A DNA stretch of 63,679 bases, counting the filler, from an uncultured bacterium (GTDB lineage: Bacteria > CAYUVA01), in the NCBI GenBank assembly GCA_964448115.1. It is 3 parts of 3 records of this genome, joined end to end, with 100 filler letters (N's around TTAATTAATTAA, not from the genome) between each part and the next. Parts side by side here need not be neighbours in the genome. Positions count along the whole stretch, not along the records: positions 1 to 27,066 come from CAYUVA010000053.1; 2 more parts are not named here. One strand, given 5' to 3'. The position numbers and the translations under genes were made by a program. The notes below the pieces were generated by a model that did not search any database, was not told the DNA's origin, and was given only the letters and a program-made list of their open reading frames with translations. Positions 1-11,563 of this stretch are shown piece by piece; positions within the stretch are counted from its first letter, which is position 1; each line of letters opens with the position of its first letter.

Positions 1-183
1 ATGAATACTGGCTTGAAGTGGTGGTTCATAAGCCCTATTTTGACAATTATCTTTAAAAAAATTACAGATGTCGTTGTTTGGGTAGAATAATTATATCTTT
101 TGAAGGGTTGTTTTAGGATTGGTCTTACCATTGCATTGAAGTCGGTTTGATGTTACAAAGCTGTTTGTACTAATTATTACCCA

Positions 184-546
184 ATGGAGATGCCATTGAA
201 ATCATTGCTTTTGATACTTCTTTCTGTGGTCTGCACGGTGAGCGGGCAAACCTTCCAAAAGCTAGGAATGTCAAGGATGGGACCGATAAAGAAGCTAAGT
301 TTCTCTTTAATTAAGGTTTTTCTGATCCCATCGGTACTGGTCGGCTCCATCTCACTAGTCATCGGCTCGTTTTTGTGGTTAATCGTTCTATCGAGAGAAG
401 ATCTGAGCTTTGCGTATCCGCTTCTGAGCGTAGGTTATATATTGGTTACCTTCATCTCTGCCATATTTTTCAAGGAAAAGGTCTCCTGGCAGCGGTGGCT
501 TGGCGTTTTTCTGATTTTTCTGGGCGTAGCCCTGGTGATGGGGTGA
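184..546 (+). CDS. Small multidrug/EamA-like 4-TM membrane protein (ArnE/ArnF-type flippase subunit)
   Basis: 120 aa, four hydrophobic helices, 'LSFAYP(L)LS.GY' motif typical of ArnE/ArnF-like SMR proteins. Confidence 0.75.
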   Translation: MEMPLKSLLLILLSVVCTVSGQTFQKLGMSRMGPIKKLSFSLIKVFLIPSVLVGSISLVIGSFLWLIVLSREDLSFAYPLLSVGYILVTFISAIFFKEKVSWQRWLGVFLIFLGVALVMG

Positions 547-935
547 TGGCAAAGTACGATAAGAAAAGCCTTCGCAGCATGAGCAAGATCCTGGTTGCTG
601 TCTCTCTGGGCGTAATAGGTCAACTGGGGATGAAGCAGGGCATGAACCAGGTCGGCTTCATCGATCATTTAGATGGCAAGGTACTTTTGGGCATGTTGAA
701 TCCATGGGTTATAATCGGGTTGTCTGCTTATGGGCTTGCGATGCTGATTTGGCTTGCCGTTCTCGCCGAGGCTGATCTTAGCTTCGCTTATCCGATGTTG
801 AGTTTAGGCTATATACTCATCGCCTTTTTCTCCTGGCTTCTGTTCGATGATCACATAACCCTAATCCGTTGGGTCGGGATCATCACCATCTGCTTTGGTG
901 TTTACCTGGTTTCATTGAAAGAAGAGGATCAATAG
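546..935 (+). CDS. Second SMR/EamA-like subunit (ArnE/ArnF-type), paralogue of the upstream gene
   Basis: ATG at 546 overlaps the upstream TGA (TGATG). Same 'DLSFAYPMLSLGY' motif. The ORF-track start at 375 is over-extended. Confidence 0.75.
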   Translation: MAKYDKKSLRSMSKILVAVSLGVIGQLGMKQGMNQVGFIDHLDGKVLLGMLNPWVIIGLSAYGLAMLIWLAVLAEADLSFAYPMLSLGYILIAFFSWLLFDDHITLIRWVGIITICFGVYLVSLKEEDQ

Positions 936-1075
936 AGTCCTTGACCTTAATATTTATTTTACAGTCTTGGCTTTACTGGTTTATCAATATACAATAAAAC
1001 CAGCGATTGCGGTCTGTTTTTAGGCAGGAGTTATTATCGAGGTGATCACCGAATAAGATGATGTCCGTATAGAAT

Positions 1076-2116
1076 ATGCCCCCCTCCAAGAAAAAACCGG
1101 TTCGTCTTGCCATAACCATGGGCGAGCCTGCGGGCGTGGGTCCGGAGGTGGCGCTGAAAGCGGCGGTTACATTTCTAAAGAAAAGGGAGCGCATATACTT
1201 TGTCATTGTCGGCAGCTTCGAGCATCTGCGAAGGCTGCGTGATGAGCTGGGGCTATATGTGGAGCTGAAGAAGGTCATTCCCGGCAGCCTGGTGGATTGG
1301 GAATATCCTGGCATTCAGGTCATCGCGCTCGATGGACTGTTCAAACAGGATGTAAGCCCGGGATCTCCCAGCAAAGAGAATGTTCCCGGCGTGATCGGTT
1401 GCATTGAAAAAGCGGTCAGGATGGCAAAAGTTAGCCAGGTGGATGGCATAGTTACCGCTCCGATCGACAAGCATGTACTCATCGAGGGCGGATTTGCCTT
1501 CAAGGGGCATACCGAGTTTTTAGGGCATCTTTGCGGTGGAGGGCATCCTGTAATGATGATGCTAAACCGCAAGCTGCGCGTTGCACTAGTAACCACACAT
1601 ATCCCGATCTCCAATGTAAACCAAGCACTATCCCAAGACCTGATAATTAAGACCATAGAGATGGTTAACCGAGATATGAGCCTACTTGGGATCTCTCATC
1701 CCCGCATAGGGATCTGCGGACTCAACCCACATGCCTCGGAGCAGGGAAAACTAGGGCACGAGGAGCATGAGATGATCATACCGGCGGTGAAAAAAGCGAT
1801 CGATTCAGGGATAAGGATCGAGGGACCGCTGCCAGCGGATACCATATTCTACAAGGCTTTGAATGATCGTTACGATGTAGTGATCGCGCAATACCACGAT
1901 CAGGGATTGATCCCAGTAAAGACGGTCGATTTCTTCGGCTCGGTCAATATTACATTAGGGCTACCTATTATCAGAACATCGGTTGATCATGGCACCGCTT
2001 ATGATATCGCCCACCTTAAAAACGCTAATCCATTGAGCATGAGGGAAGCCATTCGCTGGGCAGCCTTGATGGCTAGAAATCGAATTGAGCTTGACAAGAA
2101 TCATAGGCTAAATTGA
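1076..2116 (+). CDS. pdxA: 4-hydroxythreonine-4-phosphate dehydrogenase
   Basis: Motifs ITMGEPAGVGPE, VTAPI, GHTEFL, GLNPHA, YHDQGLIP, IRTSVDHGTAYDIA. Confidence 0.95.
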   Translation: MPPSKKKPVRLAITMGEPAGVGPEVALKAAVTFLKKRERIYFVIVGSFEHLRRLRDELGLYVELKKVIPGSLVDWEYPGIQVIALDGLFKQDVSPGSPSKENVPGVIGCIEKAVRMAKVSQVDGIVTAPIDKHVLIEGGFAFKGHTEFLGHLCGGGHPVMMMLNRKLRVALVTTHIPISNVNQALSQDLIIKTIEMVNRDMSLLGISHPRIGICGLNPHASEQGKLGHEEHEMIIPAVKKAIDSGIRIEGPLPADTIFYKALNDRYDVVIAQYHDQGLIPVKTVDFFGSVNITLGLPIIRTSVDHGTAYDIAHLKNANPLSMREAIRWAALMARNRIELDKNHRLN

Positions 2117-3648
2117 GCCTGGAGAAGATGAAACGCCTGGTTTCAAAGAGCATTTTCTATTCGATTCTTATCGCGATTGATGCTGCCATGCTGGTAGTTA
2201 TCTACGGGATGGCGGTAAAGAACAAGGTGGTAAGCGATTATTTTTACCAGGTCTTTGATATTAGGCTGGTCATCAAGTCTCCATTGAACTTCTTTCTCGA
2301 GATCCCCAAGCCCTTTGAGGACAACTATGGAGCCTACTTTTATCTTCTACCATTTGTGATTATCTGCGCCATACCATGCTTTGCATACTTCAGGCTATAT
2401 AACTTTCGCGGCGAGATCTCGATAACTAATGACCTGGTGAACAGCATCAAGGCTTCGTTCATTTACATTCTCCTGCTAGTGGCATGTGCATTCTGGTATC
2501 GCGGTGGCTTCAAGTTCCGCGGATTCACCTACTCAAGGGAGATCTTCCTGCAAACCTGGTTGGGAACCTTTTTTGCCGTCTTCTTTCTTAGAGTCATCTA
2601 TAGGTTGATGCAGTTGTATCTCAGAAAAAAGGACTACAATACCTACAATATCCTGGTTGTCGGCTGCGATGAGCTTGCCTGGAACTTTACAGAGGAGATC
2701 AGCAATAAGAAAACCAAGCTCGGAGTGCGCATAGTGGGCATGGTCGCCGGAGATGACCATGACCAAAGCGAGGACAAGCCCTCTGTTCTCGGCTCCCTGG
2801 AGCAGCTTCCAGATATCATTCGGAAAAACAAGGTCTCCGAGGTGATCTTCACCATACCGGTCTTTGCTGAGAGGTTGATCGACCTGATGATGCAGCTTGA
2901 GGATAGCAATGTGAGCTTCAAGACCATACTTGAGATCTACGACTATATCCCCGAGAAGATCTCTTTGGATCATTTGGGCGGTTTTCCAGTCATAAAGCAT
3001 TTCGGCAACCCGATAAAGGGCTTGAATCGATTCATAAAAAGGACTACCGACCTTGTTCTCAGCAGCATTGGATTGATCCTTCTATCATGGTTGTTTATCC
3101 TGATCGCACTGCTTATTAAGCTTACCTCCAAAGGTCCGGTTCTGTTTAAACAAAAGCGTGTTGGAAGGGATGGGAGAATATTCAAATGCCTGAAGTTCAG
3201 GACTATGTTCATCACCGCTGACCAGGAGACACACAAGGATTTCGTCTCCAGGCTGATCAAGGGTGAGATGCCCTCTGATCCAGAAAATAAGCAGGTTTAC
3301 AAGCTAAAAGAAGATCATAGAATAACACCCATAGGAAGGTTTCTTCGTAAATACAGCCTCGATGAGCTGCCCCAGCTTATAAATGTTATCAAGGGGGAGA
3401 TGAGCCTGGTCGGTCCCAGACCAGCTATCCCTTATGAGATCGTGAACTACAAGCCGTGGCATAAGCGACGACTCACGGTGGACCAGGGCATAACCGGCTT
3501 ATGGCAGGTCAGCGGACGCAGCCGTCTAACCTTCGATCAGATGGTTGAGCTTGATATCTTCTATATCGACAATTGGTCAGTATGGCTCGACCTTAAGATC
3601 ATACTATGGACATTATACGAGGTCTTCATCGCCCGCAACGCATATTAG
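2113..3648 (+). CDS. Undecaprenyl-phosphate sugar phosphotransferase (WcaJ/WbaP family)
   Basis: N-terminal TM helices, Rossmann-like middle domain, C-terminal KFRTM, SLDELPQL.NV.KGEMSLVGPRP, GITGLWQVSGRS. Confidence 0.92.
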   Translation: MSLEKMKRLVSKSIFYSILIAIDAAMLVVIYGMAVKNKVVSDYFYQVFDIRLVIKSPLNFFLEIPKPFEDNYGAYFYLLPFVIICAIPCFAYFRLYNFRGEISITNDLVNSIKASFIYILLLVACAFWYRGGFKFRGFTYSREIFLQTWLGTFFAVFFLRVIYRLMQLYLRKKDYNTYNILVVGCDELAWNFTEEISNKKTKLGVRIVGMVAGDDHDQSEDKPSVLGSLEQLPDIIRKNKVSEVIFTIPVFAERLIDLMMQLEDSNVSFKTILEIYDYIPEKISLDHLGGFPVIKHFGNPIKGLNRFIKRTTDLVLSSIGLILLSWLFILIALLIKLTSKGPVLFKQKRVGRDGRIFKCLKFRTMFITADQETHKDFVSRLIKGEMPSDPENKQVYKLKEDHRITPIGRFLRKYSLDELPQLINVIKGEMSLVGPRPAIPYEIVNYKPWHKRRLTVDQGITGLWQVSGRSRLTFDQMVELDIFYIDNWSVWLDLKIILWTLYEVFIARNAY

Positions 3649-3705
3649 GTGCAGGACTTGGAGCAGATTTCTCATTATAGAAACAAAGGTTGGATACCTT
3701 AATAT

Positions 3706-4830
3706 ATGAGGTTGCCTGGATACATCTATAAGCTACATGCCCGAATCGCCGACCGAGACGATGAGGCATTGTGGCTCTACCCGCTGCGCATGATACTGAG
3801 CTTGGCTTCGATATTCTATTATCTGGGTGTGATGCTTCATCGCCTGAGCTATTGGCTGGGGCTAAATTACGCCAACCGTTTTGATGGCATGGTCATCTGC
3901 GTGGGCAACATCGTAGCAGGAGGCACTGGCAAAACGCCAATCGCCATGATGGTCGCGCAGATCATATCCCGACACGAGAATACGGCAATCGTAACCAGAG
4001 GATACAAGAGAAAGCATGAAAATAGGGTGATAGTGGTCAGTGATACGGAGAAGATACTGGCTGATCCGCAGGTGTCCGGCGATGAAGCCTATATGATGGC
4101 AATGAGTAGCGATGGGATACCGATAATAGCTGCTGCGCGGCGCTACCAGGGAGCGATCAAGGCACAGGAACGATACGGTAGCACTATAATCGTGCTCGAC
4201 GATGGATTGCAGCACTACGGCATTAGAAAAGATGTAGTGATTATCACGGTTGACTGTCGAAATCCACTCGGTGGGGGTTGGCTATTGCCTAGAGGATACC
4301 TGAGGGTCCCGGCTGGTGAGCTTGCAATGGCTGACATTATCATAATCACCAATGCGGTGGAAGATTTTCTAGGCAAGGCCATCGCTTCCATAAGAAGATA
4401 TGCGCCTGATACTCGCTTGTTCAAGTCAAGGTACATCGTAAAAGGGCTGATAAATCCGCTGACCATGGAAAGTATGTCATTAACCGAACTTGAGGGGAAA
4501 AGATACCTGGCATTTTGTGGCATCGGCAATCCAAGCAGCTTTCGCAGATCCCTCGATAAGCTCCCCGGGGAGCTTATCGATCTGATTATATTCCCCGACC
4601 ACCATGAATACGGCATCTCTGATATACATGCCATCGAGAGCAAGGCTGAGCAGAACAACGCAGACCTGATAATCACTACCCAAAAAGACCAGCCGAGGCT
4701 GATACCGCACATCGACATGGAGAGGCTATTCTACAGCCTGGATATAAAGCCGAAGATAGAGCCTTTGGATAGGGGAAAGTCCTTCAGGGATACGCTTCTA
4801 GACCTGGTCATTAGAAAGACCGCTCCTTAA
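3706..4830 (+). CDS. lpxK: Tetraacyldisaccharide 4'-kinase
   Basis: VGNIVAGGTGKTP P-loop, RGY, GDEA, LDDGLQH, FCGIGNP, FPDHH, TTQKD. Confidence 0.93.
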   Translation: MRLPGYIYKLHARIADRDDEALWLYPLRMILSLASIFYYLGVMLHRLSYWLGLNYANRFDGMVICVGNIVAGGTGKTPIAMMVAQIISRHENTAIVTRGYKRKHENRVIVVSDTEKILADPQVSGDEAYMMAMSSDGIPIIAAARRYQGAIKAQERYGSTIIVLDDGLQHYGIRKDVVIITVDCRNPLGGGWLLPRGYLRVPAGELAMADIIIITNAVEDFLGKAIASIRRYAPDTRLFKSRYIVKGLINPLTMESMSLTELEGKRYLAFCGIGNPSSFRRSLDKLPGELIDLIIFPDHHEYGISDIHAIESKAEQNNADLIITTQKDQPRLIPHIDMERLFYSLDIKPKIEPLDRGKSFRDTLLDLVIRKTAP

Positions 4831-5186
4831 GCCTTTAAGATGCAAACAAATTTCATGCATTATAAATTCCTTTATATAATTATATTAAAACTATCTATTA
4901 TTAAATGATGTAATCTTTATACATGGAGAGCGCTGGCAAGCACCACCAGCAGTAAAGTTGCAACAAACACCCAAATCGCCCTATTTTTCAGCGAGATATC
5001 TTTGATAGGCAACTACTTGAGTATGCATTATCTGCCATTTTATTATTGCTTACCTAGCAGAACACGCCCAAGGGATTGAAGCACAGCTCCTCATTGTTCA
5101 ATTCTTTGATATCCCTTTCTTCTGATTTGAAAAAATATGGCTGACCTATTATTTTCATTGTTAGAAGAGCGGTAAGGAGAACATCA

Positions 5187-5978
5187 TTGAAGGATATCCA
5201 GATGCAAAAGCCGGCTAACGGCATCGGAATCGATAAGGTCGGGATCAAGGACATCTATTACCCTATCGTTGTGCGAGACAAGAAGCAGGGGAAACAATCG
5301 ACCATAGCAAGGGTCAATATGTTCGTGGATCTGCCAATGGAGTATCGCGGTACCCACATGAGCCGCTTTGTTGAAATACTGAATCGTGTCCGTGGCGACA
5401 TCGAGTTCGATAAGATAAGGGATATCCTGTGCGCGATAAAGGATCACTTGCAAGCGCAATCGACGCATATCGAGATAGAGTTTCCCTATTTTATCGAGAA
5501 ACAGGCGCCGGTCTCCAAGACGACCTCGCTTATGAAATATCAATGCAGGCTGACCGGCTACCTGGGCGCCGGCGATGTTTATCATCTGACCAGTGCTATC
5601 GAGGCGCCGGTAATGACCTTATGCCCTTGCTCCAAGGAGCTATGCGAGGCTTCCGCTCACAATCAACGCAGCCTGGTAACGGTAACTATATGCTCTCGAA
5701 AGTTCATCTGGATTGAGGATATAATTGAATTGGTGGAAGCTAATGCCTCAGCTCCGCTGTACTCGCTGCTCAAACGAGAGGACGAGAAGTATATTACCGA
5801 TCTGGCGTATAACAATCCGAGGTTCGTTGAAGACCTGGTGCGAGGTATCGCTGCTGGGCTAAAGGAGATGGAGGTGAGTCGCCATATAATCGGCTTCTCC
5901 ATTGAGGCCGAGAACCTGGAATCGATACATAACCACAATGCCTATGCATACATAAGAGAGGGCGAGCTTTATGTCTAA
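5187..5978 (+). CDS. folE2: GTP cyclohydrolase IB
   Basis: IDKVGI, GTHMSRF, TLCPCSK, AHNQRS, LLKREDE, FVEDLVR, ESIHNHNAYA; AAGGAG RBS before the TTG start. Confidence 0.95.
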   Translation: MKDIQMQKPANGIGIDKVGIKDIYYPIVVRDKKQGKQSTIARVNMFVDLPMEYRGTHMSRFVEILNRVRGDIEFDKIRDILCAIKDHLQAQSTHIEIEFPYFIEKQAPVSKTTSLMKYQCRLTGYLGAGDVYHLTSAIEAPVMTLCPCSKELCEASAHNQRSLVTVTICSRKFIWIEDIIELVEANASAPLYSLLKREDEKYITDLAYNNPRFVEDLVRGIAAGLKEMEVSRHIIGFSIEAENLESIHNHNAYAYIREGELYV

Positions 5979-6606
5979 GGGATTGGCAGTTGGGTTCGGT
6001 GTTTGGTTGCAGGTATTTTTACTTTTTGCTCATGGGGCTTGCGAGCCGAAGATAGTGGATAGCCTGGTGGCAGTGGTCAACGACCAGGTGATCACCAGCA
6101 GCGATCTTAGACTGGAGAATATCTATTTCAGCCCTGCTGATAGCACGGATGGCGAAAAGACGCAGTTAGAGGTGCTGATGTCCCTGATCAATCGCCGTCT
6201 TATCGTGCAGGAGGTAACCAGGCTCGGCTTCAGCCAGGTCGATGGGTCGCTTATCGAAAAGAAATACGAACAGCTAAAAGAGAGCTACGGCGGAACGGGC
6301 AGCTTCGAGGATTTCCTGGAAAAACAGGGCGCTGTACCACGAGACATCAAGCAGCTTATAAGAGAAAAGCTGCTGGTCGATAAGTTCATCGATATAAAGT
6401 TTCGCCCCTACATCAATCCAGCCAAGATAAAACTGAGCCAAGAGGAGATAGACCAGCTAATACCACCACAAGATCAAGAGGGAATCAGCAAGGAGGTCGT
6501 CCACGAGGCGGCGCTTAAGATCGCTGTTGAACAACGGATCAACCAAAGGTTGAAGGAATGGCTAGACGAGGCGTGGAAAAAAGCACAGATCGTTATAAGA
6601 TATTAG
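5971..6606 (+). CDS. SurA N-terminal-domain-like exported chaperone (no PPIase domain)
   Basis: Signal peptide, 'IVDSLVAVVNDQVITSSD' SurA_N start, 'WLDE..KKAQI' end. Confidence 0.7.
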   Translation: MSKGLAVGFGVWLQVFLLFAHGACEPKIVDSLVAVVNDQVITSSDLRLENIYFSPADSTDGEKTQLEVLMSLINRRLIVQEVTRLGFSQVDGSLIEKKYEQLKESYGGTGSFEDFLEKQGAVPRDIKQLIREKLLVDKFIDIKFRPYINPAKIKLSQEEIDQLIPPQDQEGISKEVVHEAALKIAVEQRINQRLKEWLDEAWKKAQIVIRY

Positions 6607-7538
6607 CTGAAAAGGTCAAAGATCCCACTTTGAGCCTCGATGAGCTGGTATCCATCCTCCGCCAGAAGGATCTGCCCAAGGAGTTTTTTGACGAGGTAGC
6701 CTCCAACAAGCGCTGGACTAACGAATATACAGTCAAGATGGAGCTGGTGCGCAATCCTAGCACACCGCCCTATATCTCCATCCGCTTCGTAAAGTTTTTA
6801 TACAAGCCGGATCTTATCAATGTAATCCAGGATGTAGGGATTCCGATCAACATCCGCCAGGTAGCCGAGGAGCTTCTCCAGACCAGGCTGCGCACCATGC
6901 CGCTGGGGGACAGGATGGCAATGGCAAGGACAGCTAACCCGACGCTCTGTCGCATACTGCTGCGTGATCCCCATATTATGGTATTCGAGGTCGTTTTGAA
7001 GAATCGATACCTGCGCGAGGTCGATCTTTACCCCTACCTGAACGATAAGAGGATATCGTCAGAACGGTTGCTAGCTGTCTGTGCTAACCAGAAGTGGTTT
7101 CAACGCTACGGGGTTCGCAAGGCGATCGCCTCCAATCCCAAAACCCCGATTTACCTGGCTGAGCGCCTGATGATGGGACTCTTGAAACAGGACCTCGAGG
7201 AGATTTATCATAATCAAGCGCTACCCAAGATCACCAGGGATAACGCCAAGGAGATAATCCTGGATCGCCTGTTATCGCTTCCCCCCATCGAGGCGGAGCT
7301 GGTGGCAGAGAGCGGAGACAAGCTATCTTTGGAGGCTATGGTTCGCTATCCCAATCAGCGGGTTCAACTTCGAGTATTGCGCAACTCCAATATGGACAAA
7401 CGGATGCTCTTTAGGCTTATCGATCATATCAACAACGGCGAGATCCTTGATCAACTCCCCTTGATTACAAGCTGGGGGGCGGATGAGGATGTTATCGATT
7501 ACATAAGGCATAGAAAGGAAGATCTCGAAAAGGGATGA
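6558..7538 (+). CDS. Hypothetical alpha-helical repeat protein
   Basis: 326-aa ORF in operon. Two 'W...Y.V...L..NP.TP' repeats. The true start may be GTG 6573. Confidence 0.6.
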   Translation: MARRGVEKSTDRYKILAEKVKDPTLSLDELVSILRQKDLPKEFFDEVASNKRWTNEYTVKMELVRNPSTPPYISIRFVKFLYKPDLINVIQDVGIPINIRQVAEELLQTRLRTMPLGDRMAMARTANPTLCRILLRDPHIMVFEVVLKNRYLREVDLYPYLNDKRISSERLLAVCANQKWFQRYGVRKAIASNPKTPIYLAERLMMGLLKQDLEEIYHNQALPKITRDNAKEIILDRLLSLPPIEAELVAESGDKLSLEAMVRYPNQRVQLRVLRNSNMDKRMLFRLIDHINNGEILDQLPLITSWGADEDVIDYIRHRKEDLEKG

Positions 7539-8320
7539 AGAGTTTCGGAGATCATCTTCGTTCGCAGCGGCGGCTCCGTGGCATCTCTGCTGAGGATCTA
7601 TCCCAAATTACCCGGGTGCCGCTTGAGATCATAAATGCCCTGGAGTCTGATCGAAGCGAGGACTTACCTGATGAGGCAATAGTCAAGGCTCACCTGCGAA
7701 GCATAGCAATGCATCTCGGCATCGAACTAGATGACCTTCTCGACTGGTGGAAGGAGTCCAAGGGGATCTTGATAGAGGATCTTAGCACCAAGCCGTCTCG
7801 CAGCGAGAGAATAACCGAATATCTTCAACAGAGGCTCATTTATCTCTTGCTTGCGCTCAGCGTCTTGGCTGCCAGCATTCTTTTTATATTATTATACAAA
7901 ACCCCTTTGGGCATCAGAGAGACTCCAAGCTCCTCAGCAAAGAGTAGCGATATTAGCCGGCGGCGCCTTAACAATGATGCTCCAACTCCAACAGCGATCA
8001 AGAGTATAAAGGAATACACCGACAAGGAGCTATTGGAGATGGGTATCTTTCATTTCCTTAGAATCCATGCGCTATCCGAGGCTTTGATCAGGCTTATCAT
8101 CGATGATAATAAGGAGATCGTTCGAAGATTGTTCCCTGGTCAGAGGGTGGAATACAAGGGTATGGAGCGTTTCGAACTGGTCATTGATAATGACAACTCA
8201 GTAGAGATCTACTATAATAACAAGTTAGTCGAGCTGGAAGCAGGCTATAAGATGAGGCGTCTAATCTTCGAGAATAAAGGGAATTCAGAGCTTTTGGATG
8301 TAGGGGAACGAGCTAAGTAA
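7535..8320 (+). CDS. RodZ-like protein (XRE HTH, TM helix, DUF4115-like C-terminus)
   Basis: 'SFGDHLRSQRRLRGIS...TRVP...ALE...LP' HTH_25 pattern, single TM helix, beta-rich C-terminal domain. Confidence 0.75.
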   Translation: MKSFGDHLRSQRRLRGISAEDLSQITRVPLEIINALESDRSEDLPDEAIVKAHLRSIAMHLGIELDDLLDWWKESKGILIEDLSTKPSRSERITEYLQQRLIYLLLALSVLAASILFILLYKTPLGIRETPSSSAKSSDISRRRLNNDAPTPTAIKSIKEYTDKELLEMGIFHFLRIHALSEALIRLIIDDNKEIVRRLFPGQRVEYKGMERFELVIDNDNSVEIYYNNKLVELEAGYKMRRLIFENKGNSELLDVGERAK

Positions 8321-9495
8321 TGGCAAAGCATGGTCACAAGACAGAGATAAAAGGTAGGGATCCTTTTTATGATATATATAAGAGGATCAAGGCTGGGGAA
8401 GCTCCTAGGGAGGTGCGCCTCGATGCTGCCCGGGGACTGATTGCCTTTGATAATTTACTGCTCGGTAAATCTTTGGTTATTCTGCTCAAGGATAAAGATC
8501 CTAAGATAGCTGCCGAGGCGGATAATACGCTAAAAACACTGCCAAAGAATATTTTAATAGCCATGGCTTCGGATAGCGCCTCTCCTCCTGCGCTGCTAAA
8601 TGCGATTGCCAAGAGGCACTACAATGATGGGAAGATAGCGGAACAACTGGTGCTCAACCGCTCCACTGCTGATATCACCGTTGCGGCTCTGGCAAAAAGG
8701 GTCTCGCCTAAGATCCAGGAGCTTATCTTTCGCAACCAGGTGAGGATACAACGCTATCCCCAGATAGCTGATTCTTTGCTCATAAATCCAAAGCTTGATT
8801 CGCATATCAGGATGAACCTGCTTATCTACCTAGAAGAGCAAGAGCTTCAGCAAGAAACTTCGGGTAAATTGCGCTATGAGGCTGAATCCGGCAGCTCAAA
8901 GGAAGGCGTTTCCGCTAAGGAGAAGAGCGCTGAGGACCTGGATAAATGGTACAAGAAGGTCTCCGCCAACGAAGTCGATACCGATGATCTTGAATCACAG
9001 CTCGAAGATGCCTTGCAGGATGAAGGTTTGTCTCTTGACAAGCTGCAGGATGATACCCTCGAAGAGGAGAAAGAGAGGGATCTCGCCACTGCTATAATGA
9101 AACTTCCCGAGAACATGCGCGAGGTACTGGCGACTAAAGGCTCTATCATGGTCAGAACCGTTCTACTAAAAGATCCCAGCCGCCGAGTAGCCATTGCGGT
9201 TGTTAACAGCCCCAAGATCACCGAGGACGAGATCATTCGCGTTGCGAAGATGAGAAATATTGACAAGGAGGTTCTGCGTTCCATAGCCAAACACAAGGAG
9301 TGGTCAAAAACTTACGGGGTGCAGAACGCCCTGGTCAATAATCCCAAGACGCCGCCCGATGTCGCCATCAACCTGGTCAGACTCCTCCGAGATAGCGATC
9401 TGAAGAGCATCATCAAGTCAAGGGAGCTTCCCTACTCTGTGCGAGCTGCCGCCTCAAAAACGCTTGAAAAACGATCCTTCAGGTACAAGAAGTGA
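8320..9495 (+). CDS. Hypothetical alpha-helical repeat protein with acidic linker
   Basis: 391 aa. C-terminal 'W.K.YGVQNALVNNPKTPP' repeat resembles 6558..7538. Confidence 0.6.
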   Translation: MAKHGHKTEIKGRDPFYDIYKRIKAGEAPREVRLDAARGLIAFDNLLLGKSLVILLKDKDPKIAAEADNTLKTLPKNILIAMASDSASPPALLNAIAKRHYNDGKIAEQLVLNRSTADITVAALAKRVSPKIQELIFRNQVRIQRYPQIADSLLINPKLDSHIRMNLLIYLEEQELQQETSGKLRYEAESGSSKEGVSAKEKSAEDLDKWYKKVSANEVDTDDLESQLEDALQDEGLSLDKLQDDTLEEEKERDLATAIMKLPENMREVLATKGSIMVRTVLLKDPSRRVAIAVVNSPKITEDEIIRVAKMRNIDKEVLRSIAKHKEWSKTYGVQNALVNNPKTPPDVAINLVRLLRDSDLKSIIKSRELPYSVRAAASKTLEKRSFRYKK

Positions 9496-9638
9496 TCGCC
9501 AGATAACGTTTTCATGTCAATGTCTTAATATACTCGGATTTGGATTAACTCTTGATTTTGTGGTTTGCTTCTAATAAGCTCGCTAAGTAAAAAGAAAGCT
9601 ATGCAATAACCGCACCGAGAGGTTTAGGGAAACCTGCT

Positions 9639-10679
<1,041 letters not shown>

Positions 10680-10710
10680 TCATCACTTGATGCACGCAGA
10701 ATAGTCTTTC

Positions 10711-11547
10711 ATGTCATATAAGATAAAAGCAGAGCCAAACCTAAAACTTCTGAGAGCATCGTTTCTTGAAGCCCGTATGAGAGCTGCTTTACATCTATGT
10801 CTTTGCACCTCCTTTATCACCTTACTACTAATTCCCTTCACCCCTTCTGTGGCCGTGGAGCAACCGTCAGCGCAAGATAGCCACAATAGCCTTGCGATGC
10901 ACATCGTCTCCGATGCGATAAAACTACAGCCCTCCAAGTTCAAGGTGCTCTATGGCTTCTACGAACAACCGTTTCTGGAGGGATTGAACAACTATAAGGA
11001 GGTAGCGAAGATAGTTCCCTTCGATGATATTCTCCAAGCTGATGATCTGAAGCAGGCTATCGATGAGTTGGCTTCTATTTACATAGAAAATGTCAGGGCT
11101 GCCATGGATGGACAGAAGCTGGGCACCTTCTTTTACAATCTCGGCTTGTGGAGTCGAGCGATCATAGAGCTTCACAATCCGCTGAATACCAGCAGCGCCG
11201 ATGACATGGAGCAATACTACGCACCGCTTTATAATAGGTTCGCCATCTCGATGCAGCCGAAGTTCATGGTCGGCTTTTCTGGCTTCGATACTGACTTGTC
11301 CTTTCCGGCAGGTGTCTCAACAATTCTAGGAAATAGCATTCATCCTATCTCCAGGATGTATCCGATGCTTGGCAAAGCCTTTTATGTTGATGGAAAGATC
11401 GTATCGCCGGAATCCTTTGATGAGCGCTCCATACCCTTCGGTATCGCATCGGTATCCTATAACAAGGCGGTAAACTGCATCGCTCAGATAATTTTTCTTT
11501 TCTGGCGCCAGATGGGGGGAGATACAAGCGATGCGGTATTTAGATAG
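10711..11547 (+). CDS. Exported hypothetical protein, possibly a degenerate Zn-dependent phospholipase C/S1-P1 helical fold
   Basis: Signal-like segment. 'LGLWSRAIIELHNPLNT' resembles the LG...HY..D..NPL.T motif with ligands changed. Confidence 0.4.
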   Translation: MSYKIKAEPNLKLLRASFLEARMRAALHLCLCTSFITLLLIPFTPSVAVEQPSAQDSHNSLAMHIVSDAIKLQPSKFKVLYGFYEQPFLEGLNNYKEVAKIVPFDDILQADDLKQAIDELASIYIENVRAAMDGQKLGTFFYNLGLWSRAIIELHNPLNTSSADDMEQYYAPLYNRFAISMQPKFMVGFSGFDTDLSFPAGVSTILGNSIHPISRMYPMLGKAFYVDGKIVSPESFDERSIPFGIASVSYNKAVNCIAQIIFLFWRQMGGDTSDAVFR

Positions 11548-11563
11548 ATCATTCCCTGAATCT

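Noticed and set aside
4831-5186. ncRNA, riboswitch or sigma-54 promoter upstream of folE2
   Set aside because: The region is AT-rich intergenic DNA; TGGCAAG at about 4934 lacks a correctly spaced TTGC, and no convincing structure is visible
9496-9638. LexA box upstream of recA
   Set aside because: No recognisable SOS-box palindrome or direct repeat was found
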